Shown piece by piece: positions 13,553 through 28,161 of a stretch of 64,000 nt of DNA. The translations under genes and the position numbers were made by a program. Source of the DNA: the human T2T-CHM13v2.0 reference genome, Homo sapiens; the NCBI RefSeq assembly GCF_009914755.1, contig NC_060925.1. One strand, given 5' to 3'. Positions within the stretch are counted from its first letter, which is position 1. Every line of letters starts with the position of its first letter. The notes below the pieces were generated by a model. That model worked only from the letters and a program-made list of their open reading frames with translations. It did no database searches and had not been told where the DNA came from.

Positions 13553-15062
13553 CATTCTCATTGGACCATTATAGTTCAAACATTTCTTACATATTTTATT
13601 TATTTATATGAAATGCTGTAAATATTTTGAAACATTACATATGTCATATTTATATGCACACATATAATATACATATATATGATGAAACAAATAATAAATT
13701 TCTTGAAGCCAAATTTGTATCTTGGCATCCTGGAATTTTCCTGGCTTTCCCTCTGAGATGACAGAGCCACACTAAGTCCTCTTCCCAACATTTGCACTGT
13801 GTTCAATGCTTCATTGTGTGGTCTAAGGAGAACCGGGGTACAGATGTCTCAAGGGTATATATCTTTAATGTTAGTTGACACTAAAGCCTCATCACAGATG
13901 GTTAAAAGGGAAATTGTTTAAAAATAAATCCTTGGGCTAGCAGAAGATGATTCCATTGCAAATAGTAAAATTTAGATGACCCGACTCCTATTATTAGCTA
14001 GGAGTAGTAGGCCCAGCTGCAGCTACAAGGATGATAGACCACAAATATGGGAGGCAGAGAGCAACAGAGCCAGTTTAGGCTGAGCACACAGTGTTAAAGT
14101 GAACATTTTTGCTTACCTTGGCTGAGTGCAATGTAAGTACTTATGAAAACCCAAAATAAAGCTTTCTGCTCTTATGAGCCTTTGTCTATGCCTATACCAT
14201 GGACTTGGCAGGGTGTTTCTGTGACCATAAGAGTTTGCTGTTAGGCCTAAGAACCGCCTCCTCCCGCACCCCCCCACAACCACGTAAAAATTAAAGCAAC
14301 ATCTCATCATGTAATACTGTTCTTTAGATTGTACTTAATAGGGCCTTTGTGTTGAACTAAAAATGTCCACTTTAAATTCCCACCCATTAAAGCTTTTTGG
14401 CATCATACTAAATTTGGTTACGATTTAAACAAATAGTGAAACAATAAACACTAAAAAGCTTTAAAGTTTCCATTCTAAATCAAGTGGACCTTTAATTTTC
14501 ATTAGCTAATTGCTGTTTTTTAATGATTATTCAACGTTAGGTTTGTATTTCTATTTTCTTAGAAATTTTGACATGTCTCAAGAAACAAAAACTATATTGT
14601 TCTAAGGCAATTGTAGAAATCAACATAATTTCATAAGATAATTTTATTCTCCTACTCCAAGTAAGATGAGAAAATAGCAACAATATTAGAGACACTGTGA
14701 ATGCTCCAGTTTCAATATAATTTTAATATAAAAAGATTTTATCTTGTATATATTTACTGCTTGCAAACTGTTAATTAACTTAGGAATAAATACATTTGAT
14801 TTAAATGTTTCTTTACAGACTTTTCCATGTTTGTGAGATTTTAATCCATTTTTAATGACTTATTTTTACATTAATGGCAATTATCGGTCGATTAACTCAA
14901 TAGACATGATTCATAAAACATTTTTGAAAACTAGTTTACAGATGGTGATGCTTAACTTAAATATTAGATTACTTAGCAAAAACAGCTTTTAAAAACATAA
15001 TGGATTATTTCTCCCAACAATTTAAACAAACGTGATTTTAGTCTATCAAATAATTTTCTATG

Positions 15063-15695
15063 ATTTTTTTTCATATTCCATAAAACTTACAATTTTGAAG
15101 TGTACAATTTAGTGGTTTTAGTACATTCACAAGATTGTGCAACCATTGCTGCTATCTAATAAAGAATATTTTTATCACTTGAAAAATAAACCTCATATCC
15201 AACAACAGTCACCCCAGTCTCCCCGCACTCCAGCTCCTGGCACCCACTAATCTACTTCTTGTCTTTATGGATTTGGCTACTCTGGATATTTCATGTAAAT
15301 GAAATTCTACAATATGTTGCCTTTTGTGTTTGGTTTCTTCTAATTAATATAATATGCTATCACTTCATTCCTTTTTATGGATGAATATTTTCTTGCACGG
15401 ATACATCACACTTTTGTTTATCCATTCATTCATTGATAAATATTTGGGTTGTTTCTGTTTTTATAAATATTTACTTACACATTTCTGTTTGGACTTGTGT
15501 TTTTAATTCTCTTGTGTATATACTTAACAGTCAAAGTTCTGGGTCATATGGAAACTCCACGTTTTAAATTTTCAAAGAACTGCCAATCTATTTTCTAAAG
15601 GGGCTGTACATGCTATATTACCACCAGCATCAGTGTTTCAGTTTCTTCAGCTCTTTGTCAACACTTGTTATTTTCCATTTTTTGATGCTAGCCAT
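15063..15695 (-). mobile_element. L1MB-type 3' end
   Basis: TTTTGAAGTGTACAATTTAGTGGTTTTAGTACATTCACAAG...CTGGGTCATATGG...GAACTGCCAA. Confidence 0.85.
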
Positions 15696-15949
15696 TTGAT
15701 TACATTTTTACCTTCATTACTTTTGATGAAGAAATGGTAACATTTGCATATGGCAAGAAGGGAGAAGTCAAAAATGACTCTAATGTAAGTGACTGGAAGA
15801 AAGAGTGGTCTTGTTATTATTAAAAGAAGAGCAGCCAGCAAATACGATTTGGGAGAGGAAACTCATTATGAGACTACAGAAGACAGTTCATCATTTACAA
15901 GAGCAGGATGAGAGCTTAGAAATGAAATCAGAGTTTATCATGAGTGGCT

Positions 15950-16200
15950 TTCAGTAGTGGTAGAATTAAAGCAGGGATTTCTGGAGTCATTGGTCTGGAT
16001 TTGTACCCAGTCTCCAACATTTACTGTCTGTATGACCTTCAGCATCTGACATAACCTCTTTGGTCTACAGCTTCACCATTGCTAAAATGAGTATGATAAT
16101 GGTGTGTGTGTCAAAAGATTGCTGTGATAATTAAGTTACAATAATACATGTAAAGTGATTTATAATGTGTCTGTTGCATAATAAATGTTAGCTATTATTA
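15950..16200 (+). mobile_element. MIR SINE, near full length
   Basis: CTGGAGTCA...TGACCTTCAGC...AAAATGAG...AAATGTTAGCTATTATTA. Confidence 0.8.
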
Positions 16201-16310
16201 AAGTGATCACATAATTTATTCTCTAAAGCAGAGCACTTTCACTTTCAAGTATGTCCTGTTTTAGACATCAAATAAGCATTCTCTCAGCCAACTGGAATGT
16301 GTGGTCTCTT
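16200..16310 (+). mobile_element. MER94-like hAT MITE
   Basis: GTGATCACATAATTTATT...AACTGGAATGTGTGGTCTCT resembles the MER94 termini. Confidence 0.55.
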
Positions 16311-16849
16311 TTTCTATTATTATTGTGAACTTTTGATGCTTTCATTCAGCCTGAAACAACCTTGGCAGAATGCTAAGAGAAATTAAATGAAGAATACTAT
16401 GGTATTCGTCTTGCTTCAGCCAAAGTCTTGAAACAGATAAAGAAAATTACTAAAATAGGAACGTTTTTCTTATTTATTAGGTTGTTAATAAACTACTATA
16501 ATGATAGAAATCATCATGATTAGAAATTATTTGTCTTGAATCTTAATTCTACAATCTTACTATGTCTATGTTTTGCTACATTTTTCTCTGCAACTTAGTT
16601 TTTTCATCATGAGTCTTATCACTGTTGTAAGGATTAAATGAGACAGCATATGCAAAAGATTATTTAAACTTAAAAAATCTCTGTAGAATATGTAGGTTGT
16701 TATTATAATAAACTGGATATAATTTTTGCTAATAAAAACTCTAAGGCTCTAAAACTACCAAAAATATTACTTTGTTTATTTAATCTATAATTTATGAATA
16801 CCTTCTCTAGAAGTATAGGAGTAAGTTTATAGAGAGGTAGTGAACAAGA

Positions 16850-17567
16850 CAGCATGGCTACTACAAAAAATGAGAAACTGATTAGCGTTGATGAGGATGT
16901 GGAGAAACTGGAATACTTCTGCACTGTCGGTGGTGATGCAAACGGTGCAGCAGGTGTGGAAAACAGTGTGGCACTTCCTCGAAAAATTAAGAATAGAATG
17001 AAATTACCATATCCAGCAATTCCACTTCTGAGTGTATGTCCAAAAAAATGAAGGCAGGATCTCAAAGAGGTATTTGCACATTCACGTTCATAGCAGTATT
17101 ATTCACAATAGCTAAAAGGTGGAAACAGCCCATGTCCATTGATGGATAAAGGAACAAGCCAAATTTGATATATAACTACAATGGAATATTTGTTAAGCTT
17201 AAAAGGAAAGGAAATTCTGATACATGCTACAACATGGATGAACATTGAGGATATTAAGCTAAGTGAAATAAGGCTGTCACAAAAGACAAATATTGTATAA
17301 TTCAATTTACAGGAGTTATCAAAAGTAATCCAATTATTAGACACAAAGGTAGAATGGTAGTTGCCAGGGACTGAAGGAAGGGGACAATGGGGAATTATTG
17401 TTATGTGTGTAGAGTCTCAGTTTTGCAAGATATAAAGAGTTCTGAAGATGGATGGTGATGATGCAAATAATATGAATGTACTTAATACCCCTGAAATACA
17501 CTTAATAATAGCTAAGATGTTACATTGTTATCTACGGTTTATCACAATTTTTTAAGTTGGAAAAAAA
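16850..17567 (+). mobile_element. L1MA/MB 3' fragment (ORF2 C-terminus plus 3'UTR)
   Basis: GAGGATGTGGAGAAACTGGAA...CCAGCAATTCCACTTCTG; ORF 16854..17051 DEDVEKLE..CTVGG..PAIPLL is the L1 ORF2 C-terminus. Confidence 0.92.
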
Positions 17568-17868
17568 GTGAACAATAAATTAGAAGCGTTGATGTTTCTT
17601 TCCAACTCTGTAACTTACCTACTTAATTACAGCAACAAAAATAAATGTTGGTTAATTTTCAGAAAAGTTGATCAGTTGCTAGATAGTGCTGACCAGGAGG
17701 AATTAAGACTGGGAACTGGTCTAGGACAGATGGTTAGAACCATGTTAGCAGTATGTAATCTCATTTACAGACAGGAGGCTGGTTTTTATAGAAAAGACAC
17801 GGGTAGTTGTGACTGTGAGAGCAAAGGAAAAAATATCAATGTTGAAGATTAGATAAGACTAGATAGTT

Positions 17869-17911
17869 ATATACATATATACATATATATATACACATAC
17901 ATATATATATA
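17869..17911. repeat. (TA)/(CA) microsatellite
   Basis: Direct reading. Confidence 0.85.
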
Positions 17912-19334
17912 AAACCTATGAAGAATACATCAAAGATAATCATCCCTAATTAGCTGTGCCCAACAAAGTATTTGCTGCTGTAATTCTGAACAGCTATTTT
18001 AAAAATATTGTTTTTTCATTCATTATCTTACTTATTATACATATAATTAACAATTCACTTTTGTCAAATATAACACATATTGAGTTCAGTGATCAAACTC
18101 TTGAGAAGCCAGTGTGTGTCCATTGCAAGTTTCGCAGGAGCAGATTTTGCTCATTTGTCCTTGTAACAGAGTCAAAACAAACATATTTATTTAACCATTA
18201 AACAAATACAAAAATAGGTGACATTTGTTTAGCATTTCTCTTAATAAGAGCTGTAAGAATTTTTTAATTTTTTAACATGAAACAAATTTTAACATGAATG
18301 AAACAGATTGATGTATGCTCAGAAATTCAAACAAAATGTTATAACTATGATTTTTAAACACAATTTCCACCCACCAATATTACAATTTAGCCATCATATG
18401 CTTATTGGTTGTTGTCATATTTCATTGACTATGGTGATTATTTAAAAATCATTCTCAGTCAGCTAAACTTGGGAGAAAAGCATCTAATCATTTCATGTTA
18501 CGAAAAAACCCACAAAGATGATCCCATGAGATTTCCAAGAAATGTCAACAACCTTTCTCCCTATCATTTTTATCAGGAAGGTGGTGTCGTTAGGGGCCTC
18601 CTGAGTCTGAAGGTGGGAAAGGAAGGAACTAATGTGTCCACTATAGTCTGTATCTCCAGATAAGTGAGAATATACCTACAACAACCGTGACTTTTTGAGT
18701 TTCTCTTATACTTCATAGGCCCAAGGGAAGCCCTGCTCTTCATAAATGTTTACATTATCATAGAAAATTCTACATTGCCTGTATAATAGCTGCCTTTACT
18801 GAAAGGCTGAAAATTATTTAAAATCATGCATAATCTTTAATATAAGTAGTAACTAATGTTAATCAGAGAAACTAGGAGTATTCACTCATAGAAGAGGCCA
18901 ATCTGTTGGCACATCGTAACAACCAAACAAACAAAAAGAAAACAAACAACCACAACATCAACAGAAAACATGACATATACTGGAACTAGTACAGTGAAAT
19001 TCTTCTTAGTTGATCCAAATAAAGATGTCACCAAGTGTCTTTTAGCATGTGAGCTTGCTGAGCATGTTTCTCCGATGTTTCACCTCAGTCATGCTCCAGC
19101 TGTGATGCAGTACTGTCAAATCGCCCTTTCCCCATTGCCCTTACACAACATTTACTACATAGTTCTCTCTCTTCTGAATTCTCCCTCCACAAAATCTTTC
19201 ATTCCTTCTCAAAGATATTAATCTGAGCCTACAACATTTATTCCTTAATTTCGTATGTATTAGTTGAACTGAAGTTGAGCTTTTCTCATTCATGCTTTGG
19301 CAATTTCGAGGACATATTTGGCCACATTCAGCTA

Positions 19335-19696
19335 CAGTGATGGCTACCCAAACAACAAGATACATTCTGAGAAATATTGCTTTAGGTGATTTCATTGTTA
19401 TGTGAACATCAAAGAGTGCCCTTACACAAATCTGGATGGCATAGCCTACTACAAACCTAGGTACGTAGCCTATTGTTTCCAGACTACAAACCTGTGCAGC
19501 ATGTTACAATACTGAATACTGTAGGCAACAGTAACACGATGGTAAGTATTTGTATATCGAAATATATCTAAATGTATAAAAGATACAGTTGCCTATGTTT
19601 GTACCTAAACATAGAAAAGGTATTATAATCTTATGGGATCTCCATCATATATATAGCCTATTGTGGACTAAATAAAGGTTATACTGTGCATTACTG
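19335..19696 (-). mobile_element. Tigger3a (MER7A)-like TcMar DNA transposon
   Basis: TA|CAGTGATG...CATTACTG|TA with TA TSD; internal CTACAAACCTGTGCAGCATGTTAC..TACTGAATACTGTAGGCAA and TATTATAATCTTATGGGA. Confidence 0.9.
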
Positions 19697-22600
19697 TATT
19701 TTTTCAATTCATTAATATACTATCAAATTATAATATGGTAATTAGAAGTTTTTTCAAAAATTAGTACCGTTTGTTATAGAGAATGAAACTATCAAGAGAT
19801 ATATTTTAATAATAATATGTTCACCTGTATTTGTGAAGAGTGTCAGCAGAAATTAGCAATAGTTACATGGTGCACTATATTGCCTAATAGATCTGTAAAT
19901 GTGTAATAGATGCAAATAGGAAGAAACTTTAATAAAGCAGTAGTTGGTATTGCTTATCTATTCTACCCACATTGAATGCCAGAACTTTAACTTCTAGTGC
20001 TCTTATCTAAAATAATTCTTTATTTTATATTTCTCTAAAAACAAAATGAATAAAAATGCATTATGGAATAAACTGTATACACATTGCTTAACAGTTAAAT
20101 ATAATTCTCAGTTTTCTTGACTGCAATTGCAAAATATTTAAACATAAATCTTAATTGAACTTAGTTACATATTCTGTGATCTTAGAGGCTTTAACTTTTA
20201 TAGAGATGTAGGAAATATAAAAACCAGAAGGGTTTCTCTTTCTTCCCATTTGCAGTGTCTGCAAAATGCAGATATTATTTTTCTCTGTTCTTCCTAAACT
20301 TGCCTCATTTTTACACCTCTCAAGTATATGTCTCTTTCTCCATTTCTCTCTCTGGAGCACTAGAAAGGGACTTAGTGATCTTGACCTTTTAGAGGGAAAA
20401 GAACAGCTACCATTTTAACACATACTCGAGAAACTGTGTTTATGTGACATCATTTGAGTGATGGTAGTAATATCTGGGATGGAATCAAAGAGACAAATAC
20501 AAATACTTGGGACATGGCCTACTGCATGTTAAGCACTACAAAGTATTTATCACATTAAATAAATACAGTCGGGCTAGCCCTGTTGCATGCTGAGCCATGT
20601 AATTAGTTACAGCTTGCTGCTACCTTGAAGGTCTTCTAAGACAGTGAAAGAGATAAATATTGAGTAGAAATATATAGGAAAAACGAAATCTTTGACAGTA
20701 CAAGTCAAGATGAAGTGAGTCTCAAAATAAATTAGTTCACAGGACTAAATACAACTTGTAGGTAAAGGCCTGACACTGAGAACAGGTACCTATGTCGGGA
20801 TTGGTAATTAGCAGATCATTGGTACCCTCTGGAGAATAGATCTATCGGATGGATAGAAGCAGATGCCAGAAACCAAGTCATTTGCTGCATGAGTTGATAG
20901 TGGACAAACAGAGGCAGCGAATATGGATTACTTTCCTCAAAAGTCAGCTCACAAAAGACAGATTAAAAGTTTATTACATTTAACAATGTTTGTCAGATTG
21001 AGATGACCTGAGCACAGTCAATGGTACAGGGAAAGTAGTCAAGGAAGAAAGATTGAAAATATAAGAGAAAGGTTAGGTAATTGCTAGAACCAGGTTCTAA
21101 TTAATGTAGAAAAGAAGAAGACTCATGCAGAAACTTTCACCTTGGAAATTAAATGAAGAATGTCAAACATTTCTGAAGCTGGGAGCTAAAAGGAGAAAGA
21201 AATGAAGATAAATATTGTGATCAAATTAAAAAGAATATTTGGAGGGCCTAAGCTAGAAGATCTCCATCTCCCAGAACTGTGGGAGGAGAGAGTTCCACAA
21301 AGATAAAGGAGTGAGGAGAAAATAAAAGCCTTAGGATGAGCGAGAAACATTTTTATTAATTGCCATAGGGAATACAGCAAGCATATAATTAGGGATGAAT
21401 ATAAGTATTTCCAAGTAGCTATGAGACCTAGCTGAGACTGAGCTGAAGAAGATAGTTAGATATCATCCTGAGCGTCTCTTCCCTAGGTAAGTCCTCATCG
21501 ATCAAACTTCTGGTAGTTGTTTAATTATCCCTGCTGTATCTTCTCATTGTGTCCTGCATTTGTATAATTTTTTTGGATTTGTTACTTCCTCTCTACAATG
21601 CAAGCCTCTGAAGCCTCCTTTTTATTCATTTGTATACATATATTCAAGATCTGCAACATAGAGGTTATCTAATATTTTTTGTTTTAATAACTGTATTTTA
21701 TTTCCTGAAAGCACTATGTGTTTGAGTAGAGTCTACCCTAGTTGAATTTAATTGTAGTTAAAGCATCCTATTTCAACTCCAGCAAAGTCAGTTTGGTTAT
21801 GACCAAACTAATAAACTATTTTTCCTCCTTCTGTCTTACATTTCCTCAAATGTTCCTCCTTCATCTGTCCTGCTCTTTACATATCATTTGTTTCTTTTCT
21901 GTGGGCTGTAATTACCTTTCCTTGAACATTGCAGCACTTCTTTTTTACTGATCCTTTGCAATCATCCTTAGATGCAATTCTGTTCTTGATGGGCATCCTA
22001 TTCTGATTCCTTTCCTGCCCCATGTGATTTAAATTGCCCCGGAAGCTCTGCTCGAGGAAAGGCATCCTGCTTGATTAGCTCTTCTACTGGATCAACACTG
22101 GGTCTGGCAACAAGGATAACAAATGAGTAAGGAACAAAACAATTAAATTATGCAGCTTATTAAAAGCCAAGAATTACCTGCTTTGGCACAGGAGAAAGCT
22201 TAGAAGGTGAAGTGGTCAAAGAGGTATATAAAGTTGGCTAGAAATTCAACAGATGTCAAAAGATAAGTGATCTTTTATAAGAATATAAGTGGAGGACCTA
22301 ATTGTTACTCCCTTTGAACATTTACTGAACAACTACTATAATCAATGAGGAAATCGAATTTCAGATCAATGGAGAAGCTTCCAGTCTAGATTTGAAATTT
22401 TTACACTATTAAAAAAAGTTCAGTTCAATGTAGATTTATTGAAGATAAATTAAAATTTTACATTTGTTATTTTTGCATGATAGAAAACCTGGTATGTGTC
22501 AAGTAAGATGCTTTCATTCTTTTATCATTTTTAATTATGTACACAGAATCTATACAGATTACCTCTTCTGTGATCATTCAGAGATCATTCTGTGATCAAT

Positions 22601-24852
22601 TTTATTTTACAAGCTCTTGTCTAGTACTTGCTGTGTGTCAGCCACTCTTCTAAATGTTCTACCTAGATCAACTTGTTAAATCTTATGACAGCATTTGAAT
22701 TTACCCTTTTTGGTAATTTATATGAGAATATTAAATAGTGACTCTCCTGGCACACATTGGTTAATAATTTGAGTTAAACTAAACATGTATGAAAAAATAC
22801 ATTTAAGTGGTAATCAAATGCTACCAGGGTGGATACATCAATATTTACCTTAAGTAGAGTTTTCGAATCGCTCTTGGCACAAAATCTAGACATCTAAATA
22901 GATTCACTCATTCATTTCTTCATGCATACATATATACCTTTACTCATTCAATAAACTTCTACTGAGTGCTGTATAAAAGCAATATTTGATTATAAAAGAA
23001 GATTGGATATTGTATTCATATTCAAGGATTTTATAAACTAGAGAGGTATGTTGTGGCAAACAATTCAAATAAGAAAGCAAATATTGACATACAATACATG
23101 AAAGCTTAAAAAAATAAGCTTCATAATAAACATAAAAACAAAGCCCAGGGTAGATTGTGTAAGACTATGGAGAAGACAGCATTTAAGCCGAATATGTGTC
23201 TTTTTGGTGATGGAAGTCCTTACTAACAAACAAGCCAAAGGTGTAGAAATATGGATGGACTTCAGCTGGATCAAGCTTTACCTGGGCTAAAGTGATATGT
23301 TAACAATTGTTAGGGAAAAGCCATTTACAAAACTATCGAGAAAATGCAGCCTCTCCAGTAAAAGGAAATTTTGTCTACTGGTTTCCAGAGCAAAATAATC
23401 TACTGGTCCTACATTTTTTGTTTGTTTTACTGTTTCTGAACTTTGATTGCTGTAAGAACTAGAAATATCTTTCATCTCCAGCTGGCAGTAAAGCTATACC
23501 CCATTTTCCAAGTTGGATTTCTATAATCCTTCTTAATGAGTCTACCATAGCTCACTCTCTGGGGCCTCCAACTGGACCAGAAAATAATCCTTAGCCAAAG
23601 GAGCAGCAGAACACCATGGTCTCTTCATCCTGATGCAATGCTCCTTTCAATTGTTGCTTCTTGATTTTTTTCCCAAGTAAGAGCTATTTTGAAAGAATAA
23701 AAGATGAGCCTTGAAAACTCATGAACCTTGTTTTCTTCTGTCAGAATAAAAATAATACTTTGTTCCCAGGGTTGTAAAAAAATGAGAGGTCCCACAATAT
23801 TGGTCTGTTATAATCAGGAAACAGCAATCATATTTTTACAGATGATATCATATAATCTCTTCTTAGACTAAAGGAATATTTGTGGGTCTCAATTATGAGA
23901 ACTACTAATGAATGAATTATTGAATGAGGAAGTGGTAAATGATCAGCTGGATTGCAAGTTCTGAAACTTTGTAACATCTGCTGCTTTTATAACAGTAACA
24001 TATGAACCAGAACTTTCGTCTCTGCTTTCAGGAATGTTGTTAATCTTGCATTCCATACAGGCAAGTCTGGTATTAACAAAATTACAAAATAGATTGAAAA
24101 TGTCATCTAAATAAATATCTCATGAAAATCTAGTTAAAATAGATAACCATCACTTAATTTTAAGACAAGACAGTTGTTGAATATGTTTGAATTTACCATA
24201 ATTGAATGAACTTCCATATAGTTAATGGCAGTAGAAGAAGTGAATTCATATGTTCATTGAGTATAATTATATTTTTTCTTATTGAGGCCTTCAATAAATG
24301 CCTGTTGTCAAATTATGCCATTGGTAGTGCCTATAATAGCTAAATGGGTGCAGAAAAAAGGTTAGAAATATTAGATAAAAGCTGGACATTGGTGTGTACG
24401 TGAAATTTTGTCCTGGAGTAGTAGAATGTCTGGCTTCTGATTTTTCAAGCACTTTGTGTTGCTTTTACATCTGTGTTAATACTGAAATTATGTAGAAACC
24501 ATGGGTGTTCATGGTGGTTTGAAACAATAAAAAAGCAAGTTATAAAGGAGAGGTTTTGACATTTTTATGCATTAGACAAAATGTAAAAGATAAATGTTCC
24601 AAAGCTCACTTCAGCAATGTCACAAACTCAGGCAATCTCACACTTTAAATCAAGCCTGGGAAAGTTCAAGTTATTTACTAAAGCGTAACAAAACAAGCAA
24701 AATAAACCAAATAATGCTGAATTTCACAGGAAATCCCCAAGACCAAAATGACACTAATTAAATTAAAGGTGGTGCATGAATGGTCAACTGACAAGGAATC
24801 TTTCGGTGGACACAAAATTACAGTTTTAAGTCACACCCTTCATAGTTTTTGA

Positions 24853-24973
24853 AATTTCAAACATACTCATACAGACACAGCGTATTAGCTGGAATTTCAA
24901 ACATACTCATACAGACACAGCGTATTAGCTGGAATTTCAAACATACTCATACAGACACAGCGTATTAGCTGGA
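24853..24973. repeat. Perfect tandem triplication of a 40-bp unit (minisatellite)
   Basis: AATTTCAAACATACTCATACAGACACAGCGTATTAGCTGG x3 with no mismatches. Confidence 0.98.
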
Positions 24974-25579
24974 GCCAAACTGAATAGGCACATCTTGGGT
25001 GTTTTAAATCAATATCTAAAACAATTTCAAATTTTTGTTATGACAATTCCCTCTTAACAAAAAAAGTGTTCCCCTGATTGGTTTTGTTTTGTATGTGTTA
25101 AATTTGATCAGCTTATATTCTGCGAATTTATTGTCAGCAATTACACAGTAGTCCATTAAATATGTAAGAGTCAGACCAAATTAAATTTTTAAAGGCTACT
25201 TAGTTACTAATCAATACAATATTTTATACATCATTTTTGTACCATTTGGGTAAAAATGATGGAGAAGAGAATAATTCAAAAAGAAAGAAAGGAAGGAAAA
25301 AAGAGATGGATGGAGGAAGGAAGGAAGAAGAAAGGGAGGAAAACAAAAAACAGGAGTGTACCAGAGCATTCTGAGAACTTTATGACGTGTCAAATTAGTC
25401 CTGTATTATAAGGTGTGGTAATGACTTTTCAGGCACTCTGTATGTGGTAAAGCAATAAACCGGGGGTAGAATTGAGATTCAGAAGGAATATTACATTTTT
25501 ATTAGACAATTACAATATTTTGGTGACCGTCAACTGAGCTCCCGTTTTAATGTTTGGTAATTCTTTACCTTATAAATCT

Positions 25580-25880
25580 TGGTAGAGGTAAAAGATCATC
25601 TCCCTTTAGAAAAGCTAAAAATTCTGGCTTTCCTAGCTAGGGAATAGCCATGTGACCCAAGCTTCACGAATCAGAAGCACTCAATTTAGGCTTAACTTTG
25701 GACCATGGAACAGTCTATCTCTCTCTCTCTCTCTCTGTCTTTCTAGTGGTTGCAGTAGCAATTTCTGCAAAACCAAGTTCTCCATGCAGAAGGTTTTGTG
25801 ATTTATTTTTTAGTTGGGAGCTCACATTCCTTGGATCTTTGTGGGAATTCTTTGAGGCCTGGGTAAAGGATGTGTTTCTC
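25580..25880. mobile_element. Ancient LTR fragment (family uncertain)
   Basis: AGCTAGGGAATAGCCATGTGACCCAAGCT...AATCAGAAGCAC resembles old ERVL/ERV LTR motifs. Confidence 0.4.
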
Positions 25881-28161
25881 TGAAAGGTTATAACACAGAG
25901 TGTTTCCAGAGGCACAGTCTCGGTCATAATAATGTGGGAACTGCCAAGAAATCAGTTTGACTAATCTGTTAAATAGTGCCTTAAATAGACTTGTATTTAA
26001 AGAGCCATTAGCATGTTTTCTTGGCATTTGTCCTGCTGGTCAGTGATCCTTATTAAAGGTCTAGGATTAGGCTTGTTTAATAGCACTTCAGAGGTGGGAA
26101 TGAAAAATATTAGGCAAGGGGGAACTATAGCTGCCAATATGCACTTTCTGATCTTTAATGGCATTTGTTGCCTAGCTGAAGCCCTTTCTCCCTTTGCTAT
26201 ACTTACAGATATATTTTTCTAGTTCAGCGTGACTTTTCAAAATAAATTAATATGCAAATTCTAATGGACAATATTTTCACATTGATTATGTATCAGAAAC
26301 CACAAATTTATGTTTCATCCACATTTGAGAAACACATTATTGGTTTTTTTGTGAATATATGTAAGAATTTATATTGGGTATATACTTGTGAATGAATTGC
26401 TGAGTCATATGCTATCTTATTGGAAAATGTTTCCAAAATGGTGGGTGTAACGATTTACATCCTGAGTACTGTATGATGTCCAGGACATGCCACATCTTTG
26501 GCAACGTTAGACTTTTCAATCTTTTTCATTTTAATGATTGTGATTTTCATTTGCATTTCCTTGATGACTTATGAGGTTGATCACTCATATGTTTATTGGC
26601 CTTTTGGGTAGCTTCATTTATAAAGTGCTTGTTCATTTATTTGCCTAATTTTAATTGGATTCATTATATGTATGTTTCTATTTGGGGGTAGCTCTTTAGG
26701 TAATGGATACAAGTTCTCTGCTGATCATATATACTGCAGAAAATTTATATCTTGTGGTGAGCTGTTGATTAACAAAACTCTATCATTTTATTTTGCCAAA
26801 ATGTTTGAAATATATTTTAAGGTTAGAGCTTTTGTATTTTTATCGAAGAAATCTTTGCTTACCGAAATATTAAAGATATTCTCTCACATTCTACCAACAA
26901 TTGATTCTGTGTATAGGAGAGGTAAAGATTCATTTTATTCTGTATATACATTTAGTTAACTCAGGATCACTTTTTGAATTAAAAACCCAACATGTCTACA
27001 TTGCTTTTCAGTGCCACTCTTATCTTAAATCAAATTCTGTTGTATGTGTGTTTCTATCCTTTCTGTTCTATTCTATTTGTATATTAGTATATACCACAAT
27101 GTCATAATTTTTAGAGTATTGTAATAAATCTTGTATCTGTAACTATAAGAATTCTAATTTTGTTCTGTAAGATTTCTTTGCATTTGAATATTCATTTCAG
27201 AATCACCTCAATTTTTGACAAACAGCTTGGTGGAATTTTGATGAGTATCGTATTGAATCTTTAGATCAATTTTTGTAGGATTTACATTATCATAAAACTA
27301 GGCTATTGGCAGGTTAAATGTTGATCTTGTTGAGTTTTTAAATTTATCTCAAAAATGTTACAAAGTTTTTTGGTATAGAAGTCTTACATATTTTTTCTTA
27401 GAGTTATTTTTGTGTATTTTTTTCCTGAATCTATTGTAAATTAATTATATTTTAAAAATTTGTTTTCCAAATGGCTTGTCTCACTAAATGGAAATATGAT
27501 TAATTTTGTATAGAGTTATACAATTTAGTGATTTCTGTAGTTTCAGATATTAATTCTAATACTTTATCTAAATAACTTTTTGAATTTTAAATAACACAAG
27601 CAAGTCATTTTCTAAAAACCAATATTAGAGTTTTTTGTCCTATACTTATACTTTTTTTTTCTTTATCCTGCCTAAGTGCACTTTTTAGGACCTCCATTTC
27701 AAGGCTGAATAAAAGTGGTAGCAGCCAATATTTCTATATATTTTCTGATTTTAAAGATATGATTCAATGTCTAAACATTAAATATAATTTTGGTAAATTC
27801 CGTTTTCAGAATAAGATATTCCTTTCTAGTCCTAGATTATTAAGAGTCGTTAGACCAAAAAAGTGAATTATGTTCAAATGATTTTTCTACCTCTGTTAAG
27901 ATACTCATATATTTTTCTTTATTAATGTGATAAAGTGATTGACTTTTAAAATGTTAATTCAACATTACGTTATTATAATAAGCTGTACATTTTTATAATA
28001 CATTATCATTTTAACAGTATTGAATTTCATTTGTTAACATTTTGCTTAAGATTTTTGTGTCTGTATCAGAGAGATGAGTTACTCAGTTTTGTAATATTTA
28101 TATGAAGTTTAGTACCAAGATAATGTTGACTTATTAAAATTTGTTAAAAAGTGTTTGCTGT

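Noticed and set aside
22015-22120. E-box CATGTG, ETS-like CCGGAAG and RFX half-site GGCAAC in a unique patch
   Set aside because: Short motifs expected by chance; no independent support
24853-24973. Possible CRISPR array
   Set aside because: Head-to-tail copies without spacers, no cas genes, primate DNA
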